A stretch of DNA of 64,000 nucleotides from Elusimicrobia bacterium GWA2_56_46 (GCA_001799575.1 MGTT01000018.1:13404-77403), one strand, 5' to 3'. Shown: positions 45,834-53,889, counted from the first letter of the stretch. Notes: generated by a model not told the origin, from the letters alone. Numbers and translations are program-made.

Positions 45834-47159
45834 ATGAAAAAAACCATCCTGATAAAAAACGCCCTGATCGCCACGCTGGGGCCGAACAACAAACTGCTTA
45901 AAGACCACGCCATCCTGGTGGAAGACGGCCTGATAAAAAAAATCGCTCCCGGGAAGTCTTTCAAAGGAAAATATTCAAAAGTGATAGACGGCGCCGGCAA
46001 GCTGGCCATGCCCGGCTTTATCAACGCCCATATGCACTTTTACAGCACCTTCGCCCGGGGGCTCGGCAAGGCCAAACCCTCCAGGAATTTCACCGAGGTG
46101 CTGGAAAACCTCTGGTGGCGCCTGGACAAACGGCTGACCGAGCAGGACAACTATTACAGCGCCCTCATTCCACTGATAGACGCCGTGCGGAAAGGCACGA
46201 CCACGATCTTCGACCACCACGCCAGCCCTTTCTCGGCGCGGGGCTCCCTCAAAACCATAGAAAAAGCCGTAAGGGAAACGGGGCTGCGGGCCTCGCTCTG
46301 CTATGAGCTCTCTGACCGGGACGGCAAGGACGCCGCCGCGGCGGGGCTGGAAGAGAACACGGAATTTATAAAATACGCCGCCGGCCTGGACGACAACCGG
46401 ATAAAAGCGATGTTCGGCCTGCACGCCTCTTTCACCGTTACCGACGCCACGCTTGAGGAAGCCGCCTACCGCGGCCACACGCTTAAGACCGGCTTCCACG
46501 TCCACACCGCGGAGTCCCAGGGAGACCAGCTTTACGCCGAGGCGCATCACAAGCTGCGCGTAGTGGAACGCCTGGAAAAATTCGGCATACTGGGCCCCAG
46601 ATCCATAGCCGCCCACTGCGTACACATCAATGAAAAAGAAATGGACATCCTGGCCCGCACCCATACCGCCGTCGCGCACAATCCCCAGTCCAACGCCAAC
46701 AACGCGGTCGGCATCGCCGACATCGTAACGATGGCGAACAGGGGCGTCCTGGCGGGCCTCGGCACGGACGCCATGACGCTCAATATGCTGGAGGAAGTCC
46801 GCGCCGGGGTCTGGCTGCAGCATCTTAAACACGATCCCTCGCAGGGCTTCGCCGAGCCCGTCCGCGCCCTGCTCTCGAATAACGCCGAGATAGCCGGCCG
46901 TCATTTCAGGAACGTGGGAATACTGAAAGAAGGCTGGTGCGCGGATATCGTCCTGCTGGACTACCGTCCCCCCACTCCTTTCGGCGCGGATAATTTCTAC
47001 GGACACCTGGTTTTCGGCGTCTCCCAAAGCGCCGTGGACACCACCATAGCCTCGGGGCGGATCCTGATGGAGAACAAAAAATTAAAACTGGATCTGGACG
47101 AGGAAGAAGTCTCAAGGAAATCATCCGAACTGGCCAAAAAACTCTGGAGCCGGTTTTAG
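45834..47159 (+). CDS. ssnA: SsnA-like putative aminohydrolase
   Basis: 441 aa with PGFINAHMHFYSTFARG, FHVHTAES, and GLGTDAM. SsnA family pattern, next to the DPD-like gene as in ygfK-ssnA neighbourhoods. Confidence 0.78.
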   Translation: MKKTILIKNALIATLGPNNKLLKDHAILVEDGLIKKIAPGKSFKGKYSKVIDGAGKLAMPGFINAHMHFYSTFARGLGKAKPSRNFTEVLENLWWRLDKRLTEQDNYYSALIPLIDAVRKGTTTIFDHHASPFSARGSLKTIEKAVRETGLRASLCYELSDRDGKDAAAAGLEENTEFIKYAAGLDDNRIKAMFGLHASFTVTDATLEEAAYRGHTLKTGFHVHTAESQGDQLYAEAHHKLRVVERLEKFGILGPRSIAAHCVHINEKEMDILARTHTAVAHNPQSNANNAVGIADIVTMANRGVLAGLGTDAMTLNMLEEVRAGVWLQHLKHDPSQGFAEPVRALLSNNAEIAGRHFRNVGILKEGWCADIVLLDYRPPTPFGADNFYGHLVFGVSQSAVDTTIASGRILMENKKLKLDLDEEEVSRKSSELAKKLWSRF

Positions 47160-47179
47160 CCGGAGCATCCCCTTCGAAC

Positions 47180-48352
47180 TCAGAACTCTTTTCGACCGCC
47201 GGCCCGGAAGATGGAACCGCGCCCGAATCTGCCCCGTATCGCCTCCACTACCTTGTGCACTTCTTCCAGCCTTTTTTCTTCCCCTTCAAAGAGCGACTCC
47301 CTCTCCCCGGCCGGCATCAGCCCCGAAACTTTAACGCCCAGAAGGCGTATTTTTCCCCCGCCGCGATCGAAGGCCCCGTAAAGCCGCCTGATCCGCTCAT
47401 ATATAACCTCGGTATAATTAGTGGCAAAAGCGAGAGTTCCGGCGCGGGTAAAAGTTTCAAAGCCTTTCAGACGGATTTTAAGGGTGATGGTGCGGCCTTT
47501 TACGCCGCCCTCCCTCAGGCGGGAAGAGACCTTGTCGCACAAGGCCAGAAGCGCTCCGGAAAGATTCCGCTCGTCCGCCGTGTCCTCATCAAAAGTAAAT
47601 TCGTTGCTCACCGACTTGGCCTCTCCCTCCATTACCAGTTCCCGGTCATCGCGGCCCAACGCCAGCTCCCGCAGTTCGGAACCGCGTCCGCCAAGCAGCG
47701 CGTGGAGTTCCTCGACGGAAGTTTCGGCCAGCCGGCCTATGGTATGTATGCCCCGCCCCCTCAGAAGATCCGCCGTCTTGGATCCCAGTCCCCAGAGGCG
47801 GCAGATGTCCAGAGGACGTAAGAATTCGCGCACCTGCCCGGCCCGCACCTCCACCAGCCCGTCCGGTTTTTCAAGGTCGGACGCGATTTTAGCGGCCATC
47901 TTGGTCGGGGCCAGCCCCACAGAAGCCGTAAGCCCGGTTTCGGCCTTTATGCGCGCTTTTATCAGACGGCAAACATCCAGAGGAGTTCCAAACAGTTTAT
48001 AGCTGTTGGTAATATCCAGAAACGCCTCATCTATGCTTACAGGCTCTATGTCCGGGGTGAAATCGTAGAAGATCCCGTGTATTATCTCCGCCGCCGCCGA
48101 ATATTTTTTAAAATCGGGCGGAAGAAACGCGCCTTGTGGACATCTGCGCCAGGCTTCGGATATGGGCATGGCCGACCTGACGCCGAACTTACGGGCTTCG
48201 TAAGAGCAGGTCGAGACCACGCCGCGCCCCCTGCCGCCTTTAGGGTCTGCTCCCACTATCACAGGCCTGCCGCGCAGCGACGGCTCGTCGCGCTGCTCTA
48301 CAGCGGCGAAAAAAGCGTCCATATCCACGTGCGCTATATATTTTTCGGCCAT
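47180..48352 (-). CDS. dinB: DNA polymerase IV (Y-family)
   Basis: Contains IAHVDMDAFFAAVEQRD, SIDEAFLD, and HhH RLWGLGSKT. 390 aa. Confidence 0.92.
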   Translation of the reverse strand: MAEKYIAHVDMDAFFAAVEQRDEPSLRGRPVIVGADPKGGRGRGVVSTCSYEARKFGVRSAMPISEAWRRCPQGAFLPPDFKKYSAAAEIIHGIFYDFTPDIEPVSIDEAFLDITNSYKLFGTPLDVCRLIKARIKAETGLTASVGLAPTKMAAKIASDLEKPDGLVEVRAGQVREFLRPLDICRLWGLGSKTADLLRGRGIHTIGRLAETSVEELHALLGGRGSELRELALGRDDRELVMEGEAKSVSNEFTFDEDTADERNLSGALLALCDKVSSRLREGGVKGRTITLKIRLKGFETFTRAGTLAFATNYTEVIYERIRRLYGAFDRGGGKIRLLGVKVSGLMPAGERESLFEGEEKRLEEVHKVVEAIRGRFGRGSIFRAGGRKEF

Positions 48353-48424
48353 GATTCACCCGCCATACACTATCCTAATAAATCCGCGCCGCCAAGCCAA
48401 ACCGGAAAAAATTTTAAACGCCCC

Positions 48425-48453
48425 TTGACAAACCTCCCGGGCGGGGCTAGACT
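48425..48453 (+). promoter_or_regulatory. Candidate sigma70 promoter of the SLT gene
   Basis: TTGACA (48425-48430), 17 nt, TAGACT (48448-48453), about 40 nt upstream of the ATG at 48494. Confidence 0.45.
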
Positions 48454-48493
48454 GTAAACAGAAAGGATTGACATGTTAATGAAGCAATAGATT

Positions 48494-49318
48494 ATGAAGA
48501 ATGCTATGTTGTTGACAATTTCAGCCGCGTTGCTGCACCCGGCCGCTGTCAGTGTGTATGGCCAGTCTTTCGACGAGTTGGCGGAACTGAAAACCGGCAA
48601 TTCCATTCACACCGCGAACCTCCCCACCCCGGGGGCCGCGTACGGTATTGAAAAAATTGGAAAAAACGAAGAGATCCAGGCTTTGGGGCCTATGCCCGAA
48701 GATCTGGCTTTCCTGATGCGCCCCCCCGCCGACTATGATCCGGAAGCGCCTGTTATCGATATTTTCTCCATGGCGCGGTCAAAAGGCTACGCGGATGCGG
48801 ATATACCTTACCTTCGCATTGCCGCCATGGAATCCGCCATGCAGGGCGTAGACCTTGAACTTGTTCTGGCCATTATGATGAAAGAATCCAGCTTCAATCC
48901 AAAAGCCCATAACAAGAAGTACGGCGCCTCCGGACTGATGCAGCTCCTTCCCGGGGTCGCCAAATGGATGGGGCTCAAAAACGCCAGGGAAATCTGGCGG
49001 CCCGAAGTGAACATAAAATACGGGGTCAAATACCTCAAGTATTTGTCGGAGCTTTTCGATGATCCCGAATGCGATATCGCAGCTTTAAAAGCGGACGACG
49101 TTTCCAAAAACATGGCTCTGCGGAGGATCATAGCGGCCTATAACGCGGGCCCCGGAACGGTCGCCAAGTATATGAAAGGAACTCACGCCGCTAAGTACAG
49201 CGGCATTCCGCCGTTCAGAGAAACCCGGAACTATCTCGTAAAAGTAGACGAGTATTTCAGGGAATTTAAAGATCTGAACCTTCAGACCCGTAACTCTTTG
49301 CGGCCGCCGGCCCGGTAG
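48494..49318 (+). CDS. Lytic transglycosylase (SLT domain), exported
   Basis: Signal-like N-terminus, with MKESSFNPKAHNKKYGASGLMQLLP and AAYNAGPG motifs. Confidence 0.85.
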   Translation: MKNAMLLTISAALLHPAAVSVYGQSFDELAELKTGNSIHTANLPTPGAAYGIEKIGKNEEIQALGPMPEDLAFLMRPPADYDPEAPVIDIFSMARSKGYADADIPYLRIAAMESAMQGVDLELVLAIMMKESSFNPKAHNKKYGASGLMQLLPGVAKWMGLKNAREIWRPEVNIKYGVKYLKYLSELFDDPECDIAALKADDVSKNMALRRIIAAYNAGPGTVAKYMKGTHAAKYSGIPPFRETRNYLVKVDEYFREFKDLNLQTRNSLRPPAR

Positions 49319-49407
49319 ATGGCCATTACACGACGCTCCCTCAGCAGACCGATACGTTAAAAGCGCGGCCTGATTTTATATGCTGTAATGACCGGGGGGT
49401 ACGATAT

Positions 49408-49827
49408 ATGCGATATTTATTCTTGATGTTTCTTCTGGCCGCCGCGGTTCCGCAGACGGCGCAGGCGCAGTCCGGAGGCGAGCGCCGCCAAGCCTGGAAA
49501 TCCCGAAGCGCGGAAGAACTAAACAGGGATATAGCGGCGCTGGAAGAGGCCGTAAAGAGGAACCCGGCCGATATTGAACTGTATATCCGGCTGGGCTTCG
49601 CCTACGCAAAACTCGAAAAAGCCGACGACGCGCAAAGGGCCTTTGAAAACGCGGTGCGGCTGGATCCCAAAAAAGCCATCGCCCATTATATGCTGGGCCT
49701 CATCTATGAAAAAAAAGGCTTAAGGGAGAAAGCCCTGGCCGCCTGGCAGGCCTGCCTTGAGAACGCCGCGGAGCCCCATCTGCGGGAGACGGCGTTGAAA
49801 CACCTGCACCATCTAAGGGCTAATTGA
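49408..49827 (+). CDS. Exported TPR-repeat protein
   Basis: Signal peptide MRYLFLMFLLAAAVPQTAQAQ, followed by TPR-like helices (YIRLGFAYAKLEKADDAQRAFENAVRLDP...). Confidence 0.7.
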   Translation: MRYLFLMFLLAAAVPQTAQAQSGGERRQAWKSRSAEELNRDIAALEEAVKRNPADIELYIRLGFAYAKLEKADDAQRAFENAVRLDPKKAIAHYMLGLIYEKKGLREKALAAWQACLENAAEPHLRETALKHLHHLRAN

Positions 49828-50459
49828 TGAAGACGATAAGACTTTTTCTTTCGCTGCCCGCCCTGGGTTTCCTGGCCGCCTGCGCCGCCCCCCAGGTGGC
49901 CGTAAATCCGCGCGCCGATTTCTCGGCCATCAAACGCGTGGCCGTGCTGCCGTTCAACGGCCCCAGGGGCGACCTGGCCGCCGATATGCTGACCCAGAGC
50001 CTGCTGGCGCACGGCGCGGAAGTTATCGAACGCCAGCGTCTGGACGCCGTACTGAAAGAGCAGTCTCTTTCCGCTTCCACCTCTTTCGATTCCGTGACGG
50101 CCAAGCAGCTGGGGAAACTCCTGGGGGTGGACGCCATCTTCGTCGGCACCGTGGCCGAAAGTACGCCGCAGACCAGCTACCTGGTCAGCGGGGCCGATAA
50201 TCCCATTGTGACGAACGTGACGCAGGTCTCCGGAGGCTCCGTCTATTCCGAAGGCTCCGTGCCCGGTATGCCCAACTCGCAGCTCTTCAGCACCACGGCC
50301 AACGTCTCGCTGATCTCGCGCATGATCGAGATCCAGACCGGCTCCATAATGTGGTCCGCCTCCATGTCCTACGAAGGCTTCGACGTGACTTCGGCCATGA
50401 GGGGCATCTCCGAATCTTTTACCCGCTCCCTGGCCCCCATCTGGCCCGGGCTTTACTAA
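49827..50459 (+). CDS. Lipoprotein with FlgO/CsgG/LpoB-like domain
   Basis: Lipobox LAAC. Contains KRVAVLPFNG...ERQRLDAVLKEQ...KQLGKLLGVDAIFVGTV, paralogous to the N-terminal domain of the OMP at 27618-28934. The ATG at 49827 forms a TGATG junction with the TPR gene. Confidence 0.7.
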   Translation: MKTIRLFLSLPALGFLAACAAPQVAVNPRADFSAIKRVAVLPFNGPRGDLAADMLTQSLLAHGAEVIERQRLDAVLKEQSLSASTSFDSVTAKQLGKLLGVDAIFVGTVAESTPQTSYLVSGADNPIVTNVTQVSGGSVYSEGSVPGMPNSQLFSTTANVSLISRMIEIQTGSIMWSASMSYEGFDVTSAMRGISESFTRSLAPIWPGLY

Positions 50460-50863
50460 TCCATCAGGCGCTTCTGGCCCTCCAGGCGCCTTATTTCCTC
50501 CACGTCCTGCGTGAATTCAAGGCAGCCGATATATTTCTTCTTCTCGTCGCGCAGGGCGTAGAATTCTATAAGTATCTTGTGTTTCGGAGCGCCTTTTTCA
50601 ACCTCCAGGTCTATCCAGAAACGCGCTTTCTCCCTGGAACCGGCTTTCATCTCCGCTATAAGTTTTTCCACCATGGCCAGGCTTTTTTCCGGATGGCATT
50701 GCCGGAAATTCATGCCCATGGACTCCATGGGCCGCCTGAACAGCCTTGTCTCGTGCTTGTTCCAGCCCACCACCTCATCGTTGGCGTCGATGACCGTCAC
50801 CTCGGCCGGTATACATTCCACCATCGCCTTCACCATGTCCGCGCTCATCTTGTCAAAAAGCAT
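50456..50863 (-). CDS. Small PAS-domain protein (DUF438-associated type)
   Basis: 135 aa with EVTVIDANDEVVGWNKHETRLFRRP...FRQCHPEKS...IGCLEFTQDV. Confidence 0.6.
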   Translation of the reverse strand: MLFDKMSADMVKAMVECIPAEVTVIDANDEVVGWNKHETRLFRRPMESMGMNFRQCHPEKSLAMVEKLIAEMKAGSREKARFWIDLEVEKGAPKHKILIEFYALRDEKKKYIGCLEFTQDVEEIRRLEGQKRLMD

Positions 50864-50908
50864 GCTGCCTCCCTGAAATAGCGAAACCGTAAAAAATTAT
50901 AGCATTCC

Positions 50909-51577
50909 TCACATAAGGTTCCGCTGCTTAAAACTGGCGAACGCCTCCTTTGTCACTATCACGTGGTCCAGCACCTCTATGCCCAGCAGTTTGCCGGCCT
51001 GCACAAGCCGCTTGTTCAGGCTCAGATCCTCGTCGGAGGGTTCAAGGCAGCCCGAGGGATGGTTATGCGCCAGTATTATTCCCGCGGCCAGGTTCCTGAC
51101 GGCCGGCTCAAAAACCTCGCGCGGGTGCACCAGGTTGTAGTTGAGCGTCCCGATGGAGACTATGTCCCTTTTTATTTCCTGGTTGCGCGTGTCCAGATAA
51201 AAAGCGACAAAATGCTCCTTTTTATTTTCCCTGATATCCCGGAGCTCTTCCCAGACGTCGCGCGGCTTCAGGTAGATATTGCACTTCTTGCCGGTGAAGA
51301 AGCGCCTGCCCAGTTCGAAAGCGGCCGCTATCTCGCAGGCCTTCACGGGGCCGAGGCCGGGATGCGCCTTAAGGCTTTCAAAACCGGCGTTGGTGATGTT
51401 CTCCTGCCGGAATTCCCCCAGGAGATCCCCGGCCAGATCCAGCACCCCGCGCTTTGCCGTGCCGGTCCTTAAAAGTATGGCCAGGAGTTCGGGGGCCGAC
51501 AGTTTCCCCGGCCCATAGCGCATCAGTTTCTCCCTCGGCCGCTCCAGCTTCTCCATTTCCATTATATCTTTACACAT
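50909..51577 (-). CDS. radC: RadC-like JAB/MPN domain protein
   Basis: Contains PREKLMRYGPGKLSAPELLAILLRTG, HhH, and JAMM motif ILAHNHPSG...PSDED. Start ambiguous (51577, 51562 or 51556). Confidence 0.88.
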   Translation of the reverse strand: MCKDIMEMEKLERPREKLMRYGPGKLSAPELLAILLRTGTAKRGVLDLAGDLLGEFRQENITNAGFESLKAHPGLGPVKACEIAAAFELGRRFFTGKKCNIYLKPRDVWEELRDIRENKKEHFVAFYLDTRNQEIKRDIVSIGTLNYNLVHPREVFEPAVRNLAAGIILAHNHPSGCLEPSDEDLSLNKRLVQAGKLLGIEVLDHVIVTKEAFASFKQRNLM

Positions 51578-51590
51578 AATCCCTCCTTGC

Positions 51591-51660
51591 AGGATTCCGG
51601 ATTTAAGATTGCCGGAATGTCTCTTAATTTTGAATCTTCAATCCGCAATCCGGAATCGTT
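51591..51660. repeat. Heptamer-periodic array R14 (10 units) in the radC divergent spacer
   Basis: ...AATTTTG AATCTTC AATCCGC AATCCGG AATCGTT. A 10-bp inverted repeat pairs ATTCCGGATT (51594-51603) with AATCCGGAAT (51647-51656). Confidence 0.7.
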
Positions 51661-51721
51661 TTCCCCATATAGTATAGATGACGACCCCGACAGCGTACTG
51701 TCGCGCAACTTTTCGTATAAT

Positions 51722-52408
51722 ATGGATATGGAAACCGATAAATTCGCGCGATATGCGGCGGTAAGGAACACTATAAACAAGGTTCTCTGCGTGGTAATAA
51801 AAACGGCGGGCGACAATGTGACCGTGCTCACCAGGAACGGAGAGAGAATGACTTTCAAGGCCCAGTACCTGGAACCGGCGCCGGAAACCGAAGCGGAATC
51901 GCTCAAGCTGATGATAGAGCAGTTGAAAAGGGAGGAGGAGAGCAAAAAAACGGGCGCCGTGAGAACGGCGGATCCAGAACTGATACGCTCCGCCTGCGAC
52001 AAATTTATCCGGCACATCGCCCTCAGATATCCCAAGTCGGGCGAAGCTTTCAGGGTCTTCTGGTCCGAGATCCTGGCCATAGCCGGGGATCAGCCCGGCA
52101 GAACCTGGGAGATGAAGCCCAACACTTCCAGCAATCCCTGCCCGGTACTGAAAGTCCACAACCCGGCCACTCAGAAGCGGGTATACTGCGTGAATCTGCT
52201 GGCCGGTTACGGTCTGAGGATGGAGATCAAGAAAGAATTCCTGCCGCCGGGCTGCGAGGCTCTGTTCCCCATAGACCACGCCATGTTCGGCGCGGGCCGG
52301 GCCGTGGAGCTGAGTTACAGGGATTTCACCCCGGAAAAACGCAAACCCTACCTGGACTGCATAAAAACCATTTACGAAAAAGACGTCCGCCCGGAACAAC
52401 CCGCCTGA
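51722..52408 (+). CDS. Hypothetical protein
   Basis: The open frame runs 51587-52408. The first 45 codons, starting at a TTG, are encoded by the heptamer array, so I prefer the ATG at 51722 or 51728, just after a TATAAT. No recognisable motifs. Confidence 0.5.
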   Translation: MDMETDKFARYAAVRNTINKVLCVVIKTAGDNVTVLTRNGERMTFKAQYLEPAPETEAESLKLMIEQLKREEESKKTGAVRTADPELIRSACDKFIRHIALRYPKSGEAFRVFWSEILAIAGDQPGRTWEMKPNTSSNPCPVLKVHNPATQKRVYCVNLLAGYGLRMEIKKEFLPPGCEALFPIDHAMFGAGRAVELSYRDFTPEKRKPYLDCIKTIYEKDVRPEQPA

Positions 52409-52464
52409 ACCATACGACGGCCGGATTTGCGGCCTCTCTCCTCCAGCCCAAATCTCCCGCTGAC

Positions 52465-52605
52465 AATGGAAAATGGCGGCGGGTTGCAAGTTCGGGGGCC
52501 TGCCAGCCATGGGGCCCATCGGGCCTGCGGCCGGCCCGGCGACTTCGCGCCGGTTCCTCCTCGGCCCGATCCGACCCATGGCTGTCACCCCTCCAACTTT
52601 ACCCC
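52465..52605 (+). repeat. Structured ~141-nt repeat, copy A
   Basis: Homologous to the reverse complement of 53692-53833. Arms 52504-52525 and 52563-52584 pair 10+1+8 bp around a GC-rich apical hairpin (CCGGCG ACTTCG CGCCGG). Confidence 0.75.
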
Positions 52606-52811
52606 TTATTGGATTGGGGATGATAGTCCCTTGACTTATTCCCGCTTTGGGACAGCCGTGAGCCAAAAGGCTCGGGACGGTATAGGCCCAAAAACTGTTG
52701 ATTAATAGGCCTCTGTGCTCATGCTTAAGAAGTGCTGGGAAGCCATAATATATTCAAGCGAGTACGAGACGTAGGTTCAAGACGGCAAAATCGGATGAGG
52801 AGGGTAAATTT

Positions 52812-53306
52812 ATGAAGAGAGTCATGATAGTTGCGGTTATGATGACTATTTCGGATGCTTCTTATGCTGCCGGGAGTGCCAGAAGCCAGCTTTCAGGCCT
52901 ATCGGCTGATATTTCTGTTAACGTACCGGCCGAGGTTAACACTACAAAGCAGATTTTCAAAACCAAGCTCCCCCCTACTACTGTCCGGGAATGCGCGGAA
53001 CAGATACAGGTGCTTTCCAGGCAACTGGACGCCGTCACCGATCATGCCCAGGCCAGTGCCATTCTGACTGAGATGGGGAGAATTGATTCTTTACTGCAGG
53101 AACTAAACCGGCCATCCTCTGCTTTGCCACCGTACAATCCTAACCCTGCCACTGTCCGGGAATGCGTGGAGCAGATACAGGTGCTTTCCAGGCAACTGGA
53201 CGCCGTCACCGATCATGCCCAGGCCAGTGCCATTCTGACTGAGATGGGGAGAATTAATTCTTTACTGCAGGAACTAAACCGGGCATACATGGATAATTCC
53301 TTGTAA
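52812..53306 (+). CDS. Small exported protein with two near-identical 44-aa helical repeats
   Basis: GAGGAGGG SD and signal peptide MKRVMIVAVMMTISDASYA. The segment TVRECxEQIQVLSRQLDAVTDHAQASAILTEMGRIxSLLQELNR occurs twice. Confidence 0.65.
   Translation: MKRVMIVAVMMTISDASYAAGSARSQLSGLSADISVNVPAEVNTTKQIFKTKLPPTTVRECAEQIQVLSRQLDAVTDHAQASAILTEMGRIDSLLQELNRPSSALPPYNPNPATVRECVEQIQVLSRQLDAVTDHAQASAILTEMGRINSLLQELNRAYMDNSL
52980..53282 (+). repeat. Two 132-bp direct repeats (3 mismatches) separated by 39 bp inside the CDS at 52812-53306
   Basis: 52980-53111 and 53151-53282, period 171 bp. Confidence 0.85.
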
Positions 53307-53394
53307 CTGACCTCTCCTTAAATCTGAAAATAACGCTTCCTATCGCAGTCTGTGTTGGCGTCTGGACTGGCAACCCTCCGTCTCCTTAATGTTT

Positions 53395-53503
53395 TTCTGG
53401 ACAGGCCGCAGCCCTGGCCGCAACGTCCACCCCGAACTTGCAGCCGCCGGCGCCGGGAGCGCCATTTGCGGTTAAATTTTTGGCGGCGGGGTACAGGGGA
53501 TAA
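53395..53503. repeat. Rearranged or partial copies of the structured repeat (C)
   Basis: 53395-53470 resembles B 53761-53830 (…CCCCGAACTTGCAGCC…GCCATTT…). 53481-53503 (TGGCGGCGGGGTACAGGGGATAA) resembles the other end of B at 53685-53707. Confidence 0.55.
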
Positions 53504-53504
53504 A

Positions 53505-53547
53505 GTGACACACAACTTAATTAAGCAGGAATTAAGTTGTGTGTCAC
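53505..53547. repeat. Perfect 18-bp stem / 7-nt loop hairpin
   Basis: GTGACACACAACTTAATT aagcagg AATTAAGTTGTGTGTCAC. It occupies the position where copy B has its 20-bp stem. Confidence 0.8.
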
Positions 53548-53683
53548 CCTTATCCAAAGTTGGTGCGTTTCCAGACTTCCGTGGCCCCCATTAAAATCAT
53601 CATCTCTTCATTGGAAACCATCTTGCAATTTGGGCGCCTCGCGGGCAAAATAAAGGTTTGTTTTTTAAGCTGTATTTGGAAGG

Positions 53684-53833
53684 ATGGCGGCGGGGTATAA
53701 TTGGAGGGGTAGCGGCCATGTGGCTCTTCGGGCCGAGGAGGAACCGGCGCGAAGTCGCCGGGCCGGCCGCAGGCCCGAAGAGCCACATGGCTGACAGGCC
53801 CCCGAACTTGCAGCCCGCCGCCATTTCTCCATT
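53684..53833 (-). repeat. Structured ~150-nt repeat, copy B (complete)
   Basis: A perfect 20-bp stem pairs 53715-53734 with 53772-53791, and an outer 11-bp stem pairs 53684-53694 with 53814-53824. The apical region is the same as in copy A. Confidence 0.8.
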
Positions 53834-53841
53834 CCCCCCCC
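53834..53841. repeat. C8 homopolymer tract between repeat B and the putative promoter of the 53890 gene
   Basis: CCCCCCCC at 53834-53841, followed by TTGCCG-17 nt-TAAGCT and a (TA)4-5 stretch. Confidence 0.6.
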
Positions 53842-53889
53842 TTGCCGCGCGCGGTTCTGTCTGGTAAGCTATATATATAGGAAAAGCCG

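Noticed and set aside
52427-52705. ORFs 52427-52705(+) and 53550-54218(-), which encode similar peptides (…NGGGLQVRGP.SH…ACGRPGDFAPVPPRP…) across repeat copies A and B.
   Set aside because: The differences between the copies fall as paired changes on opposite arms of a long stem, so base pairing is maintained rather than amino acids. There is no SD and no start context. I interpret them as a structured DNA or RNA repeat, not as genes.
52465-53833. A retron msr/msd, DGR TR/VR pair, or integron attC interpretation of the structured repeats.
   Set aside because: No reverse transcriptase or integron integrase ORF lies nearby. The mismatches between copies are not adenine-specific, as a DGR would require. 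I could not find R''/R' core sites of the RYYYAAC/GTTRRRY type, and the copies are in inverted rather than uniform orientation.
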